Assembly (NCBI GenBank): GCA_043228905.1 | Contig: JBHGNT010000001.1 | Coordinates: forward strand, 34,100,001 to 34,164,000 | Length of the DNA stretch: 64,000 bases | Direction: 5' to 3' | Source: Azolla caroliniana | Lineage: Eukaryota; Plantae; Polypodiophyta | Shown here: positions 1 to 12,609 of the stretch, piece by piece | Layout: the number at the start of each line of letters is the position of its first letter | Position numbering within the stretch: position 1 is the first letter of the stretch | Notes under the pieces: generated by a model | The model's database searches: none | Told to the model about the DNA's origin: nothing | Seen by the model: the letters and a program-made list of their open reading frames with translations, nothing else | Translations under genes and position numbers: made by a program

Positions 1-1245
1 ATGTGATACCATCAAGTTTCACTTTCTCCAACGGTTCACAGCAATCCAGCATGGATTCATCAAACCACCTCCAAGGACCTGCATCAAACCTTACCATCTC
101 AATCCGTTCAAATCCAATTCTGTGTTTTAATCAATGCATATATCTACATTCATGGATCAAACACCATAATTTTGATCTGCATACATCTCCATACAAGGAT
201 AGGTTGATACATGGGTACATGTCCATCATAGTTAAAAAACGTGTATCTTATGTTTAGAATACTCTAAAGTATTATATACATATTCTGCATTTAGAGCTGA
301 CATTTTAAAATGTTTTATGCATTCTAAGTATTTGACATAATTCTATGTATTTAACAAGTATTTGACATTTCCAAAAAATTAAAATAATTAAAATGTTTTT
401 TCCTTTAAATTTTAAGAATTATTTAATCAATGCATATATCTACATTCATGGATCAAACACCATAATTTTGATCTGCATACATCTCCATACAAGGATAGGT
501 TGATACATGGGTACATGTCCATCATAGTTAAAAAACGTGTATCTTATGTTTAGAATACTCTAAAGTATTATATACATATTCTGCATTTAGAGCTGACATT
601 TTAAAATGTTTTATGCATTCTAAGTATTTGACATAATTCTATGTATTTAACAAGTATTTGACATTTCAAAAAAATTAAAATAATTAAAATGTTTTTTCCT
701 TTAAATTTTAAGAATTATTTAATATATTTTCCGCTTATCTAACGTGTTTTATCTGTAGAATACACATTCTAAGTATTTAAAGAAAAAGAGTAGAATACAT
801 AGCATAAGTATTCTATGAATATTATATGCTAAGTATTAGACAACTATGATCTCCATACTAGTCATAGAGATGCATAAGCATACAGGATACATATCCATAC
901 ATGGATTTTGTGGGGTATACCTTTCCATTGGCGTCCAGGATCAATTGAAAGTGCATTCAGAACGACTGTGAGAGAAGAGAGGCCACAAAACGCGGGCTCA
1001 GCTTGCGTTTCGAAAGTTGAAATCAATCTGAAGAATCCATTCATGGTCCCATCTCGGAGAGCTTCTTCAAAAAGAACCTAAAAGACGATGGAAACGCTTA
1101 GATGCAAAAGTACATACATATACATACACATATACATTATACACATACAAAAACATACACATTATACATACACATACGCACACGCATACACATACACAAA
1201 CACAAACACATATGCACATGCACACATATATGTATGTGCATATGC

Positions 1246-1281
<36 letters not shown>

Positions 1282-1414
1282 GCATGTCAATGAATGCATA
1301 TATATTCATATACATACACATACAATATATTCTAACCTTGCCTTGCTGAGATGCGAATTCAATAGCTGGAGGGCAGGGCAATGGGCGCTTGTAAAGGCCA
1401 GGTACTGCCCCCAT
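1..1414 (-). CDS. PCS: Phytochelatin synthase (glutathione gamma-glutamylcysteinyltransferase), 5' part; exons 1414-1337, 1077-921, 78-<1; runs off the window
   Basis: Spliced translation [26 protein letters not shown]|[52 protein letters not shown]|[26 protein letters not shown]. It has the catalytic Cys motif (EPAFCGL) and the [13 protein letters not shown] signature. GT-AG introns have consistent phase. Confidence 0.97.
126..722. repeat. Near-perfect tandem duplication, 2 x ~296 bp, in PCS intron 2
   Basis: TTTAATCAATGCATATATCTACATTCATGG... starts at ~126 and again at ~422; I saw only ~1 difference between copies. Confidence 0.95.
1105..1325. repeat. Compound (CA)/(TACA)n microsatellite in PCS intron 1
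   Basis: Direct inspection; it explains the spurious HIHT/CVCV ORFs. Confidence 0.9.
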
Positions 1415-1444
1415 TGGTCGAATCCTGATATAGCAGAGTTCGCG

Positions 1445-1497
1445 TCTGTCTGTCTGTCTGTCTGTATCTCTCTCTCTCTCTCTCTCTCTGTCTGTCT
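1445..1497. repeat. (TCTG)n(TC)n microsatellite in the PCS 5' leader
   Basis: Direct inspection. Confidence 0.9.
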
Positions 1498-2027
1498 ACC
1501 TGGATCGTGGAAAGAGGCTTAATTTGTACGGTTTTGGATGAGCCGACCAACGACGAGAGTCTACCCCTCCTCTGCTCTCCATTTCATATTGTCTTAATTC
1601 TTTGATACCAATCTATGTGAACCGACACATCGGGCGGATGCCCCTCTGCGAAGAGCATTGACTTTGACTTTCCGTCGCGATCCCCCTTTGCATAAACCAA
1701 TGCCTCTTCATACCTTGTACAGTGTTGACTTTTCGTTCCCATCCTCGGTCTCCACATGCTTCACACGGACCCAATCCTTCAGTGCCATCTCTCTTGCGAA
1801 CACAATCACGCACGATGCTTGCAATCCCATGTTTGTGTGACTTGCTTGATATTTGCCCATCTTGGCAAACCCTTGGTATCATTAATTAGTTATGCTTCCG
1901 ATTTGTCTTGTGGATTGTAACAATTTACTTGTTTTGGCGGGTCTCTTGGTGATTGGTTTGTCGGGAAAAACTCGTATCCATAGTTTACCATCACAACGAG
2001 CATACCCATCTTCATGCGCCCATTTAT

Positions 2028-2217
2028 TTGGTTGTAATCCATGCCAGTTCAAGAGCTTTTAGAGCAAAGTTGTCAAAAAAGATTTTATTCCCACGTTTGG
2101 TAATTCCTTTCAATCTTCCTTGGTTGTAATCCATGCCAGTTCAAGAGTTTTTAGAGCAAAGTTGTCAAAAAAAAAATTATTCCCACGTTTGGTAATTCCT
2201 TTCAATCTTCCTTGGTT
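2028..2217. repeat. Tandem duplication, 2 x ~92 bp, upstream of PCS
   Basis: TTGGTTGTAATCCATGCCAGTTCAAGAG at 2028 and 2120. Confidence 0.9.
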
Positions 2218-4965
2218 CAAAAATTGAAAACCTTTCTATCAAAACAATAGTTGATGATTAACAATATAATGTGAATATTGTACTCAGTGATACATGCCAA
2301 AAATCCATATTCAGCTTGTAAAAAGATGGGGTTTTTTGAACCCAGTGTTATTGAGACAGCTGAAGCTACACGAGTGTTCAATAGTTTTCTAGTTAATTAT
2401 GTTGCAGTTTTATTTTTTTCCAAAACAAAATATCCTTCCATTAGTTTTCAAAAAACCTATCAGGTACAAACTACAAAATAGATGAAAAAAAAGAGAAAAA
2501 AGGACTATCCCAATGGCTAGCCATGGATCCTTCATTTAACTAAGATCAAAGTTAACATCTAATTTGATTTCAATATGACTACCCGTTCTACTATGTTGCC
2601 ACCTACTTTCAACATACCAAAAAATGTCATCATAATAATTAGAGACCTTGCACAGGCATTCAAGGATAGAGTTGTATAGCATCCCCATTCTTATCCTACT
2701 CAATATATCCCAATAACATGGCAAGCCATTGTACCACATCTCCTCTAATCATGTGCGATAAATGGAGACCTTCAACTTGCCTTCATTATAAAAGAATTTG
2801 CAAGTCTTCTTCTAAAAGAATTATGTTGCAATTTTCTTTGTAATAGTGGACTATTTTGTATATTGCCTTGGGCCACTTTATGTTAATACCAATGGAGGAT
2901 ATTTTTATGGGCAAAAAATGTGAATATTGTACTCGATGCAAACATCAAAACAATAACGCAAATTATTATGAGTTTCTATAGTGAACGTGACCATGAAACT
3001 ATCCTACTTGAGACGTAAACACCACACCAATTCCAATTTTGCCATAGGAAACTAGATCAAAGTCTTTGTTGAGAGAGAGGATATAACACATGGTTCTAAC
3101 AAATAAGGGTTATAATAAATCCATGTCGAATGCATTTGTTGCAATGTGTATTGTCAAAGAAAGCGTTACACTATGGAGTTGTGCGTCAACGGTTTCGTAG
3201 ATCAGATCCCACGCCTTGTGAAACCATCCACTTGATTTGAGGGGCATGGAATTTGACCATGCCCACACTCTTTCATGGTGGAGCATTGGGTACAAGGGAA
3301 AGTGAGCCTATTAGTCTTGTGCCAATCTCGAGGTAAAAATTATACAACTTGGTCACGAATGACAATGTATACATGTCAAGATGCCAAGGGATCATCGATT
3401 TGTTGTAGTCATCGAGACAATAAGTCTGCCAATTACAATATTTGATGTTGGCCAAGGTTTCTCAAAGAACATTGGCAAGTTATAAGTGAAGTGCATTTTG
3501 TCAAACCATTGTTGAATTGATGACTTGTTAAGTTCATATGTTGTGTTTAGCAACCACAAATTATTAATATAGCATCCAACGAACAAGGAGATGATTGAAC
3601 ATGAGAGCCTTTCCATGGAAACAATGAGGTATGACACTCACCATTCAAGGGTTTTCTAATGGGTCTTTTTGTATGGTGGTGAGAAAACTCTAGAATCATG
3701 CCCGTACAAAGGGTTGAATGTCACATGTATTGTAAGTGAGTAATGTGTGTTTGTTTGTTTGTGTGTGTGTGTAGTTATACATCATATACGTAAGTTACTT
3801 CAATTAGATGTCCCCACAAATTATTTCTTACCATTTCCTAAATTTCCAAAATGCAAGTACATAAATGGGATGAACTTGTGTACTTTACAACATTAATATG
3901 ACTATAGGCTCAAAATCTAGGCTTGATGTCTACTTGATTCTAAAAAGGTCATAATTTTAGTGTCTGAGGATATACACTAACAATTTGCTAAGTCCTTCGA
4001 ATGATTTTATAGCATTGTTGTTGACATCAACTTTCATAATAGGAGGGAAAACTAAAGCATTGTCATTTTTTGTGGCAAAAGTGATAAACTAACAAGAGTA
4101 CTTCAAAAATGAAAAATAACAAGACGTCTGAAGCACGTTATTCATGAAAGAATGGCCTTTAAAAATCACATAGGAGTCCTTAGGGGAAGTAGAGATCACA
4201 TAAAAAAAAGTGTGTAGATGAAAACATAGTTTATTTGTTTATTGGCATAAATTTCAAATTTGAAATGTACAATTGCAATACAATAATGGCAAATTTTGTG
4301 CTTTTTAAACATTGAGATCATGGGTTCAAGTCTCAACTAATGCATTTGATGTTTAGCTTTTTACAATATGTAACAACAACAATAATGATAATTTTAGCTT
4401 GAGATCAGGAAGAGTAACGATGTCTCCTCAAATAATTGGTTTGTAATATTGACCCAAACATTTTTCCATAGCACAAGGATTAAAAACGATAGCATTTCAC
4501 TTTTAAAAGCAACTTTTATTAATGGGCACAAGCCATCATAGAGGAGCATTTCACTTTCAAAGGCAAACCTTAATGATGAGGGGACGTCATCATAGAGAAG
4601 GAATGTGCTAATAAATGATAGAAGTTGGTACATGGGTAGGGGGTGAAACGTAGAGATAAATCATTGCATGCATATTCAAAAAGAAGATGGAAACGTTTTT
4701 CTTGGTTGTGTAAAACAAGGTGAAACAAAGATTGGCTTAGGATTGAATAGTAAGGGAGTTTGAACATCAGAGGAGAACATATACAAACATGGAGAGAGAG
4801 AGAGGGAGGGAGGGAGAAGTGAGAGTTACCTGCTAAAGCACAATATCATGGATAGAAATATATAACCATGAATATGTGAGGTGAAGTTTTTGTGTTTTTA
4901 TTTTACGTCGGTGTTGCTTTAGCTATAAAATCTCTTCATAATCAAGCAAAGTTACAGTTTTGAGC

Positions 4966-5065
4966 NNNNNNNNNNNNNNNNNNNNNNNNNNNNNNNNNNN
5001 NNNNNNNNNNNNNNNNNNNNNNNNNNNNNNNNNNNNNNNNNNNNNNNNNNNNNNNNNNNNNNNNN
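4966..5065. other. Assembly gap (100 N)
   Basis: Run of 100 N, typical of a scaffolding placeholder of unknown true size. Confidence 0.99.
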
Positions 5066-8000
5066 TTTATAGAATTGATATCAAAAGGATGATATCGTGG
5101 AGCATGCATCTAGAGCCCTTAAGCAACAAAGGGTAGATAAAATATTCTCAAAGTGTGGAAGTTGTGGCGTATACACGAGTCAATGGATCAAAAGTGCTCA
5201 TTATCATCTCAAAATGTTTCACTAGTAAGTGAATGTATTTTGAAGCACCTATCTCAAAGTTGGACAAGACAGATACCAAAACTCAATATCCATGATGTGA
5301 ATTCTACCTTTATGGTTACATTAACTCATGCTTAGTTTTCTTTGAAGTACATATTCAATATAATTCTAAATGCCTAACAAAGGGGTGGGAACTACCTTGC
5401 CATGCTATTATTTGTTTGATAGCAATGTAATGAAATAAATGGTATTGTTTAAAGTTTAAACAAAATAAACATAAGGCTGTTTAAGAATTCGTACACACTT
5501 TGTTGTTCTTGTCCTCCAACTAATACTTCACTCTCTAAAGTGTTGGAATCTACAAAGAACTAGAAAATGGTGCATTGGACGTTGAATCCTAAATAAATAT
5601 GCTAAATTACGACTTTATTCAAGGGGAGAGGCATCGTAATAATAAACAAATGATCACAAGAGAACATAGACTTAATTTTTTTCCAAGGAAACCAAAGAGA
5701 CATCATAAGTACATTCACATGATTTATTCTTGTAGATGCGAAACATACAAATATCCATATATACTCACTTGATTAAGACCAACTCCTATTTTAAAAGCTT
5801 GTGCATGATGGATGCATATTATCAAATCGAATCTTCACAATAGTTTGACCTTTTGATAATATGCATCGTTACCTATCGTTGCAACTACACCGCAAAAGGA
5901 AAAGTTTCGAAGATGTTTATTGCCTTTTTATACCATACTTACGTGCGACTACATATATTACAAATTCACATTATTGGATATAGAAAAAAGGCAACTTAAT
6001 AATCCAAGTATACATAAAGTATTGTAGATAAGTGCTTAATATTGAGGAATGAGTAACATGCCAAGATGAAGAATATATAGGAACATTTAGCAATTGACTG
6101 AGAAGGAGAGCCCAAATCAATGGACATAAAAAAGTTGTGTGTATACACATTGTATGCTCAATGTTCATAAATTGAAATAGGTGGACTTGAACCTATTCTT
6201 ACGAGTAGTTGGCTATCATTGTTTGGTTTTCTGTGAAGAGATAGATGGACATGGCCAAAAGTCTTATATAAAATCATGATATTTTGCCCCTTAAGTACAA
6301 TTTAACAATGCATTGTATGAAACTCGAACTTGAACAATTGTATGTTTGTGGGTGCTAACTTGTCGGGCTACATGGTTGAAGGCCACATGTTTCATCCAAT
6401 AATCCTTAAATTGATGCCATGCATATAGGTGAACAAATTGCATGTGGTTAAAAGCATATAACAACAAAAATGGCATAGCCATACGAGAATAAGAATATCT
6501 TATGCATTTTTTGTCGATAAATGCGCTTCTTTATTTGATGGATGTGTTCTCATTGTTTTAATGTATAGCAATTGGGAAATCATGTTCACATGATTGTGAT
6601 GCACTCCCTCGATGTACTCGGGGGAATCATCATAACTACATTTCTTGCCAAAAATAGATGTCCTTGAGGGAAACTTAGTTACATATTCATGCATGGCAAC
6701 TTGTTAGTTCTCAGAGGCAACAAAGCATCGCTTTCTGACATGTGTGGTACACCAATTAGACAATATAAGTTTCACTTGCAATGAATTGTGGTTGTGAAAA
6801 TGTAATGTTAACAAACATTGTGATATATTTAAGGACATAATAGATGTGATGGACACTACTTCAATGAACATAGAGGATCGGAAAATGCTAAAGACACAAC
6901 AATACATGTGGAAGACATGATCCACTGGTATACATTTGACGCATCATGCAACGTGACAATCCATCGAAGAAACCAACATGATCGCCATGTCATAAACATG
7001 TGTGGGATCCCAACCATGTGTAGAGACCACGTGAATATGATTATTGGCTAGAAAACCTAATGTGAATGGATCCGACTAACCTTGATCTCCTTGACGATTC
7101 TTGTACTGTTGTTGCCACCACCATATATAACCAATTACGAAGAGCAGTTTGTATGTCCATTGTGGGCATGTGCGATTTCACCCTCTGTGGAAGTCAAGAA
7201 TGGCCAACAGATTGGCATGAGTAGGCACACACACACACACAGACGAAGGGGACATAGTAAATTCGGTTGATACACACAGTAGAGTGCAAGAGGTGATTGA
7301 GTGGCCACCAGACTAGGGAGGAGAGGACATGATAGGAGTGGAGTAGAGTGGGGGTCAAAAGGGAAAGATGGGTGGGATGGGTGGTGGAAGGCAATAAGAT
7401 GACAAGTGTTGGAAGTTTCCCGTGAGGACATTAGGGTTTTGAGAGCTCTCAGAACTTAGAAGACGCCGTTAGTTTTGACGGCCACTTCACGGCAACTCTC
7501 ATCGTCTGTCTCCGTCTCTGTCTCTCTGCAGAAGATCCCCCCTTCCTCCCCTTCCTCCTCCTCCTCCTCTTTCTTCTCTGGTTTCTGCTTCGGATCTCCA
7601 CGGATTTATTTGTTTTTCCATGTCATAAAAACTCCATCAACAGGAGAAATCCAAGTCAACAGAACTACCTTCTGCCCTGCTCTGCCTTCTCTGCCTGAAA
7701 ATTGGTTTTCTGTTCGTTCCTGCGTTTCTCTGCACATATTTGATTGTATTTGCAAGCGATTTCTTCAAATTTAGGATTTTTTTATATATAGTAGACAACA
7801 TCGAAAGAGAAGGATAGAGATAGGTAAGCAGGCATGAGATTAGGGTTTTCTATCTCACCCTCCAATCCAGCTACATTTGAGCATGGAGGAAAAATACCTT
7901 GTTTCTTTGATCTCTATCATACTGGTCGCAGACAGTGTACTTGTTTGAAATATCTTCACCATCGCTCGTCATTTGTTCTTTAGAGAAATAAAACAAACAT

Positions 8001-8088
8001 TCATTTCTTCTGCTTCTTCTTCACTGGACGCTCACTGAACGCCAAATATACCCCTAAAATTGCTCATATCTTCTTCTTCGTCATCAAA

Positions 8089-11000
8089 ATGCCGGTTCAC
8101 AAATGTGGTAGCAGTGTTTTGTGTTTACATGAGCTCGGCAGCAGTGGCGGAACAGGTACGAGAGAAGATGATGCCAGTGATTTCGAGTATCTCGAAGTTG
8201 ATCCGAGTGGACGTTATGGACGGGTAATTATTCATCATTATCATCATACATCCTCGTCTTCTTTGTCAGCGTGTTTTTTCAATTATACCAATTAACTTTT
8301 AAGAGGTGGATTTTGTATGCTCATGCATCATGGTCTAACCTTGGAGTCCAATGTAAGCTTTCGCATACAATGATCCAGTTTTAAATTGTTTCGATATGCA
8401 CCTTCTTATTACACAAAATCATCTAACGTATAGTTAATATTTTATAAGCATCATGCTGTAGTGTTCTAAGCTTGAAGCCCAAGGCGATGGTCTCTCAATG
8501 TCTCATGAGACAGTCAATCATCATGTTTTGCAATTGAATATGAGATCTCTAATTGCTTGAAATCACATGCATATATATATCCATGCATGCATGTCTGTAG
8601 GTTATACATACATACATACATAGAGAGAGTTCATTTCAAGTTTAAATGCTCCTTCAATGAATGGCTTTCAAATTTTTAGTCTCTGCCATAAATCCAAAAT
8701 CCAATTCGTTGGTTACCTTATGTTGAAGAGTCATCAAAGATGTCTTCTTTGTTCATTGAATGGAGTTTTTTGATTGTTTATATCTCCAATCATGGTTGTT
8801 TCATTGAATGGAGTTTTTGATTTATCTTTTCCTATAGTAGAAGATATTTTCTTGTTCATTAGTTCTTGCTTTTTCATAGTTTTTCTTTGAATCGTAGAAG
8901 ATATATTCTTGTACATTAAATGGTGTGCTAATTGCTTTTCTTTGATGTTGGTTTGTATAGTACAAAGAAGTGCTGGGCAAAGGAGCCTTCAAGACTGTGT
9001 ATCCTAAAATAAATGTTTTGCATGTTGGGTTCATCCGTCCTATAAAATTTCAGTTATTTCTCCAAATGTTTGTGCCTTGACATGCTACTATAGGTATAGG
9101 GCTTTTGATCAAGAAGATGGAATTGAGGTTGCATGGAATCAAGTTCAAGGTGTCCTTTTACAAACGCCTGAGGACATGGACCGATTGTATTCAGAGGTGC
9201 ATTTACTAAGCACATTAAAGCACAAGAACATCATAAAGCTCTATCACTCGTGGGTAGATAAGACGTCGAATACAGTCAATTTTATTACAGAGATATTCAC
9301 CTCGGGAACACTAAGACAGTATGCTATGTTACCACCTCCCCATTTTTTTGCCAATTTTTCGATCTTGATGTTGTGTTGGTGATATGCCTATCCTCTGGTT
9401 GTCATTTTCATAAGGTATCGGAAAAGGCACAAGCACGTGGACATCAAAGCGGTCAAAAACTGGTCTCGTCAGATTCTTCGGGGTTTGCTTTACTTGCATA
9501 GTCATGACCCTCCCATAATTCATCGAGATTTGAAATGTGACAATATATTCATCAATGGCAATCAAGGGGAGGTCAAAATTGGAGATCTTGGTCTTGCGGC
9601 TATCCTACAACATGCCCATGCTCGAAGTGTCATAGGTGGGACTAATGTTTAGGGAAACTATTTGTCTTTACTAATCAACCAAATTTCCTTTCCATGGCTT
9701 AAAATACCTAAAAACAGATAACAAATCTATAGGAATGTTGGATTGGAATTTGATATAATTTCATCAGATTCTATTCCCACTATACATATCCTCAACAACT
9801 AGAGTTCAATAATTCAACTGAAGTTTTAGTAAATGGGAATACCTTTTTACCCAAACATTGAGTATTATTTGCTGCTCCATCACAAGCTCTTAATCTTTAC
9901 ATCAAAGAATTATAATTCTTTGTGATTGTCCATCCTTGGATGTATGTAGAATAAATTTTATCGTCCTGTTTTTCTCAACCATTTAAATGTTAGCCATTTT
10001 AATGTAATATCACTTGAATAAAGTCCACCACCATTACAATGTTTTCACTTTCTTGTATGTGCATAATTTGTCCAGGGACACCGGAGTTTATGGCACCAGA
10101 GCTCTATGAGGAGGAATACACAGAGTTGGTAGATGTCTATTCATTTGGAATGTGTCTCCTCGAGATGGTCACATCAGAATATCCATATAGCGAGTGCAGT
10201 AATGCTGCCCAAATTTACAAGAAAGTTATGATGGTGCGCGTGAACTATGTCTGAATCCACTAGATTTCAAATGCAGGCAAACATTTTAAGAATGGCTTTT
10301 CTGATCTTTCATCTGACCCTATTCAGAGTGGTTAATCATTTCAGGGGAAAAAACCAGAAGCTCTGAAGCAGATCAAGGATCCTGAATTATGTCAATTTAT
10401 CGAGAAATGTTTGGCTCCAGCCTCAGAGAGGCTTCCAGCGAGAGAGCTTTTGGTGGACCCTTTTCTTCAATGCGAGGGTAGTCGAGTATCATTAGAATCA
10501 TCACCACATTTAGGAAGGCGAATACGCATGGCCAATGGTACAGATGACAAAGCAGTTAGTAATGAGGAGGCACTTGGTGTATCTGCGACGGTGCAGATAA
10601 GTTACGTACTGAAGGAAACATTACCTGCTTATGTGTATGATGGTAGTGATGGATGCACCTGTTCGGCGGCATGTGACTCAAAAGTCAGCCAAACAGAAAG
10701 CACAGAGCCTTTACCGTTTCCTTACTGTAAAGAAGAGAGGGCCAGAAGTGTAGATTTCAGAGTAAATGGAAAATTAAGGGAAGATGACAATGTCTTTCTA
10801 AAATTGCAGATATCAGGATCGGAAGGTAACATGTTATTCTGACACTATTTGCGTTTTTCGCTTGTTTAAAAGAGTCAGTCACATAGAATCCAGTTAACAT
10901 GAAACAAGTTGTCTTGTCGATTCAATCCATTGAAACTAAAGATGTGTGTGTTTTTTAATTAACAAATCACAAAAACCTACAATTACGCTTTGAAGCAATC

Positions 11001-12609
11001 CAGTGTTATAGATGTTTATGTATGTATCCATTATCTGCAGTAGGAAAGCTGTTTTCATAACATAAAACACTCATGCTTAATTCGTGATGTGGGATTTTTA
11101 TCCATAGATATTTCCCCACAAAACTTGTATCTGTAGGTGTATCCTCACAAGACACATCCGTATCTGTATCCTGACTATCTGCTTGAGAGTACAAACAGTC
11201 TAACAAGTTTTGCAGTTGTGAAGTGAAAAATAAAACAATCGCATGCTTTGAATTTCTTCTTTGCCCCATTTTTGTGGCTCTGCAGATATATCAATCAGAT
11301 ATGTTTTAATGCAGGTCAGGTTCGTAACATTCATTTCCCATTTGATGTGGAAATAGACACAGCCATGTGTGTGGCAAGTGAGATGGTTGCTGAGTTGGAT
11401 CTAACAGACCAAGATGTTACTAAAATCGCAGAAATGATTGATGCAGCAATTTTGGCCCTTGTCCCAGAGTGGAAACCAGGTGTGGCTATTGATGAGACTT
11501 GCTGTGATGGTGAAGACGTAGACAATGAAGGCAATGATGGTATGGTTGGTGTCCATGATCCGATGAAAAATGTGCCGTCTGAAGGGACCATAGAAGAAAA
11601 TCCATCCTATTCTGCTAGAGAAGAAACTGTTTCTCCATCGCGAGTTGAGGGTCTCATGTATGGGAGATTTGAAGAAGTTACTTACCAATGTCATAGGTCT
11701 GAGATTCCTGCCCAGGAAGCTGAAGAATGCACTGCATCTAGTGAGGCAAGTGAAGTTTCCCATGATGCCGATTGGAGCTTGACAGATAGCATGAGTTCTC
11801 ATGAGTATCAAATACTATTACCAATGAATAAGCCAGCCTTCGAGGAATGCTCAGGTGTTATTACAAATACGAGGGAATCTACTACCACGGTTGCATTTAC
11901 CGAGCTTGTAGAGTCCAAATGGAAGGCTGGATATGCAAATTTTGTGCACAAGATATGGGAGGATATAGTCCATTTGCATCCTTGTGACAGGGGTGATGAT
12001 GATAATGGTGTGGCTAGAGTCTTCGGGCCATCTCTTCAGCCTGAGTGTTATCGGCAAGAAGGCAATGGTCAAGAACTTATGTCTAAACTTCCTGTCTTGC
12101 AACACGGCCTGAATGGTGATGATGATGATGTATCCCAAGAACTGGCTGAACTTGAAGTTCGTCATCAACAGGAGATGCAAGAGCTTCAGCGCAAGCATGA
12201 GGCAGCACGAACTGAAGTAAAGAACCGATGGCTGCAGAAGAAAAAGGTAAAATATGATGATGACGACCATCCTACATTGAATTGTGAATGTGGCAACAGA
12301 AGTGATATTCTAGAGAGCCTTGAAAATGGGCTCCAAAGTCTAAGGGTAGAAGAGGAAACTCCATGTGGTTTTCAAACGACTTTACCTTGTCATTATGGCT
12401 CTTTCAATAGCTCAATAACAAGTTTTGATGATCTCTCGAGCTTTGAACAAGAAACACCAACAAGTCGTGGAGTCTTCGAAGAATCCACGAATTTACTCTC
12501 GTCAGTTGAAACTGTATATTTCCCCTCAGCTGCCGGAGGCAAGTCAGAGGAGGGTCAGGATGCTATGGAGGTACTTCTATTTCTACAAAATTTTGGTATC
12601 CATAAGTGA
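8089..12609 (+). CDS. WNK: WNK (with-no-lysine) Ser/Thr kinase; exons 8089-8223, 8961-8998, 9094-9318, 9415-9635, 10076-10233, 10345-10825, 11315-12609. The 3' end is uncertain: a possible donor at 12571 would give a stop at ~12664
   Basis: [10 protein letters not shown]|[18 protein letters not shown] (catalytic Lys in subdomain I), VAWNQV (no Lys in subdomain II), [29 protein letters not shown], the post-kinase RNIHFPFD...VASEMVAEL domain, GRFEE motif and a C-terminal coiled coil. All introns are GT-AG and in phase. Confidence 0.96.

Noticed and set aside
1067-1550. ORFs rich in HIHT, CVCV or RERE
   Set aside because: They are translations of microsatellites in PCS intron 1 and leader; only 1414-1337 is coding.
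2500-3700. Possible decayed transposase sequence
   Set aside because: Short broken ORFs with no motif I can assign confidently; needs BLASTx.
5700-7050. Minus-strand fragments faintly like a MULE transposase (YLQYFMYTWI, TFGHVHL)
   Set aside because: Too degenerate; no TIR or TSD identified.
11331-12270. Antisense ORFs over WNK (and likewise over PPR, DUF538, LINE and TIC62)
   Set aside because: Shadow frames of real coding sequence.
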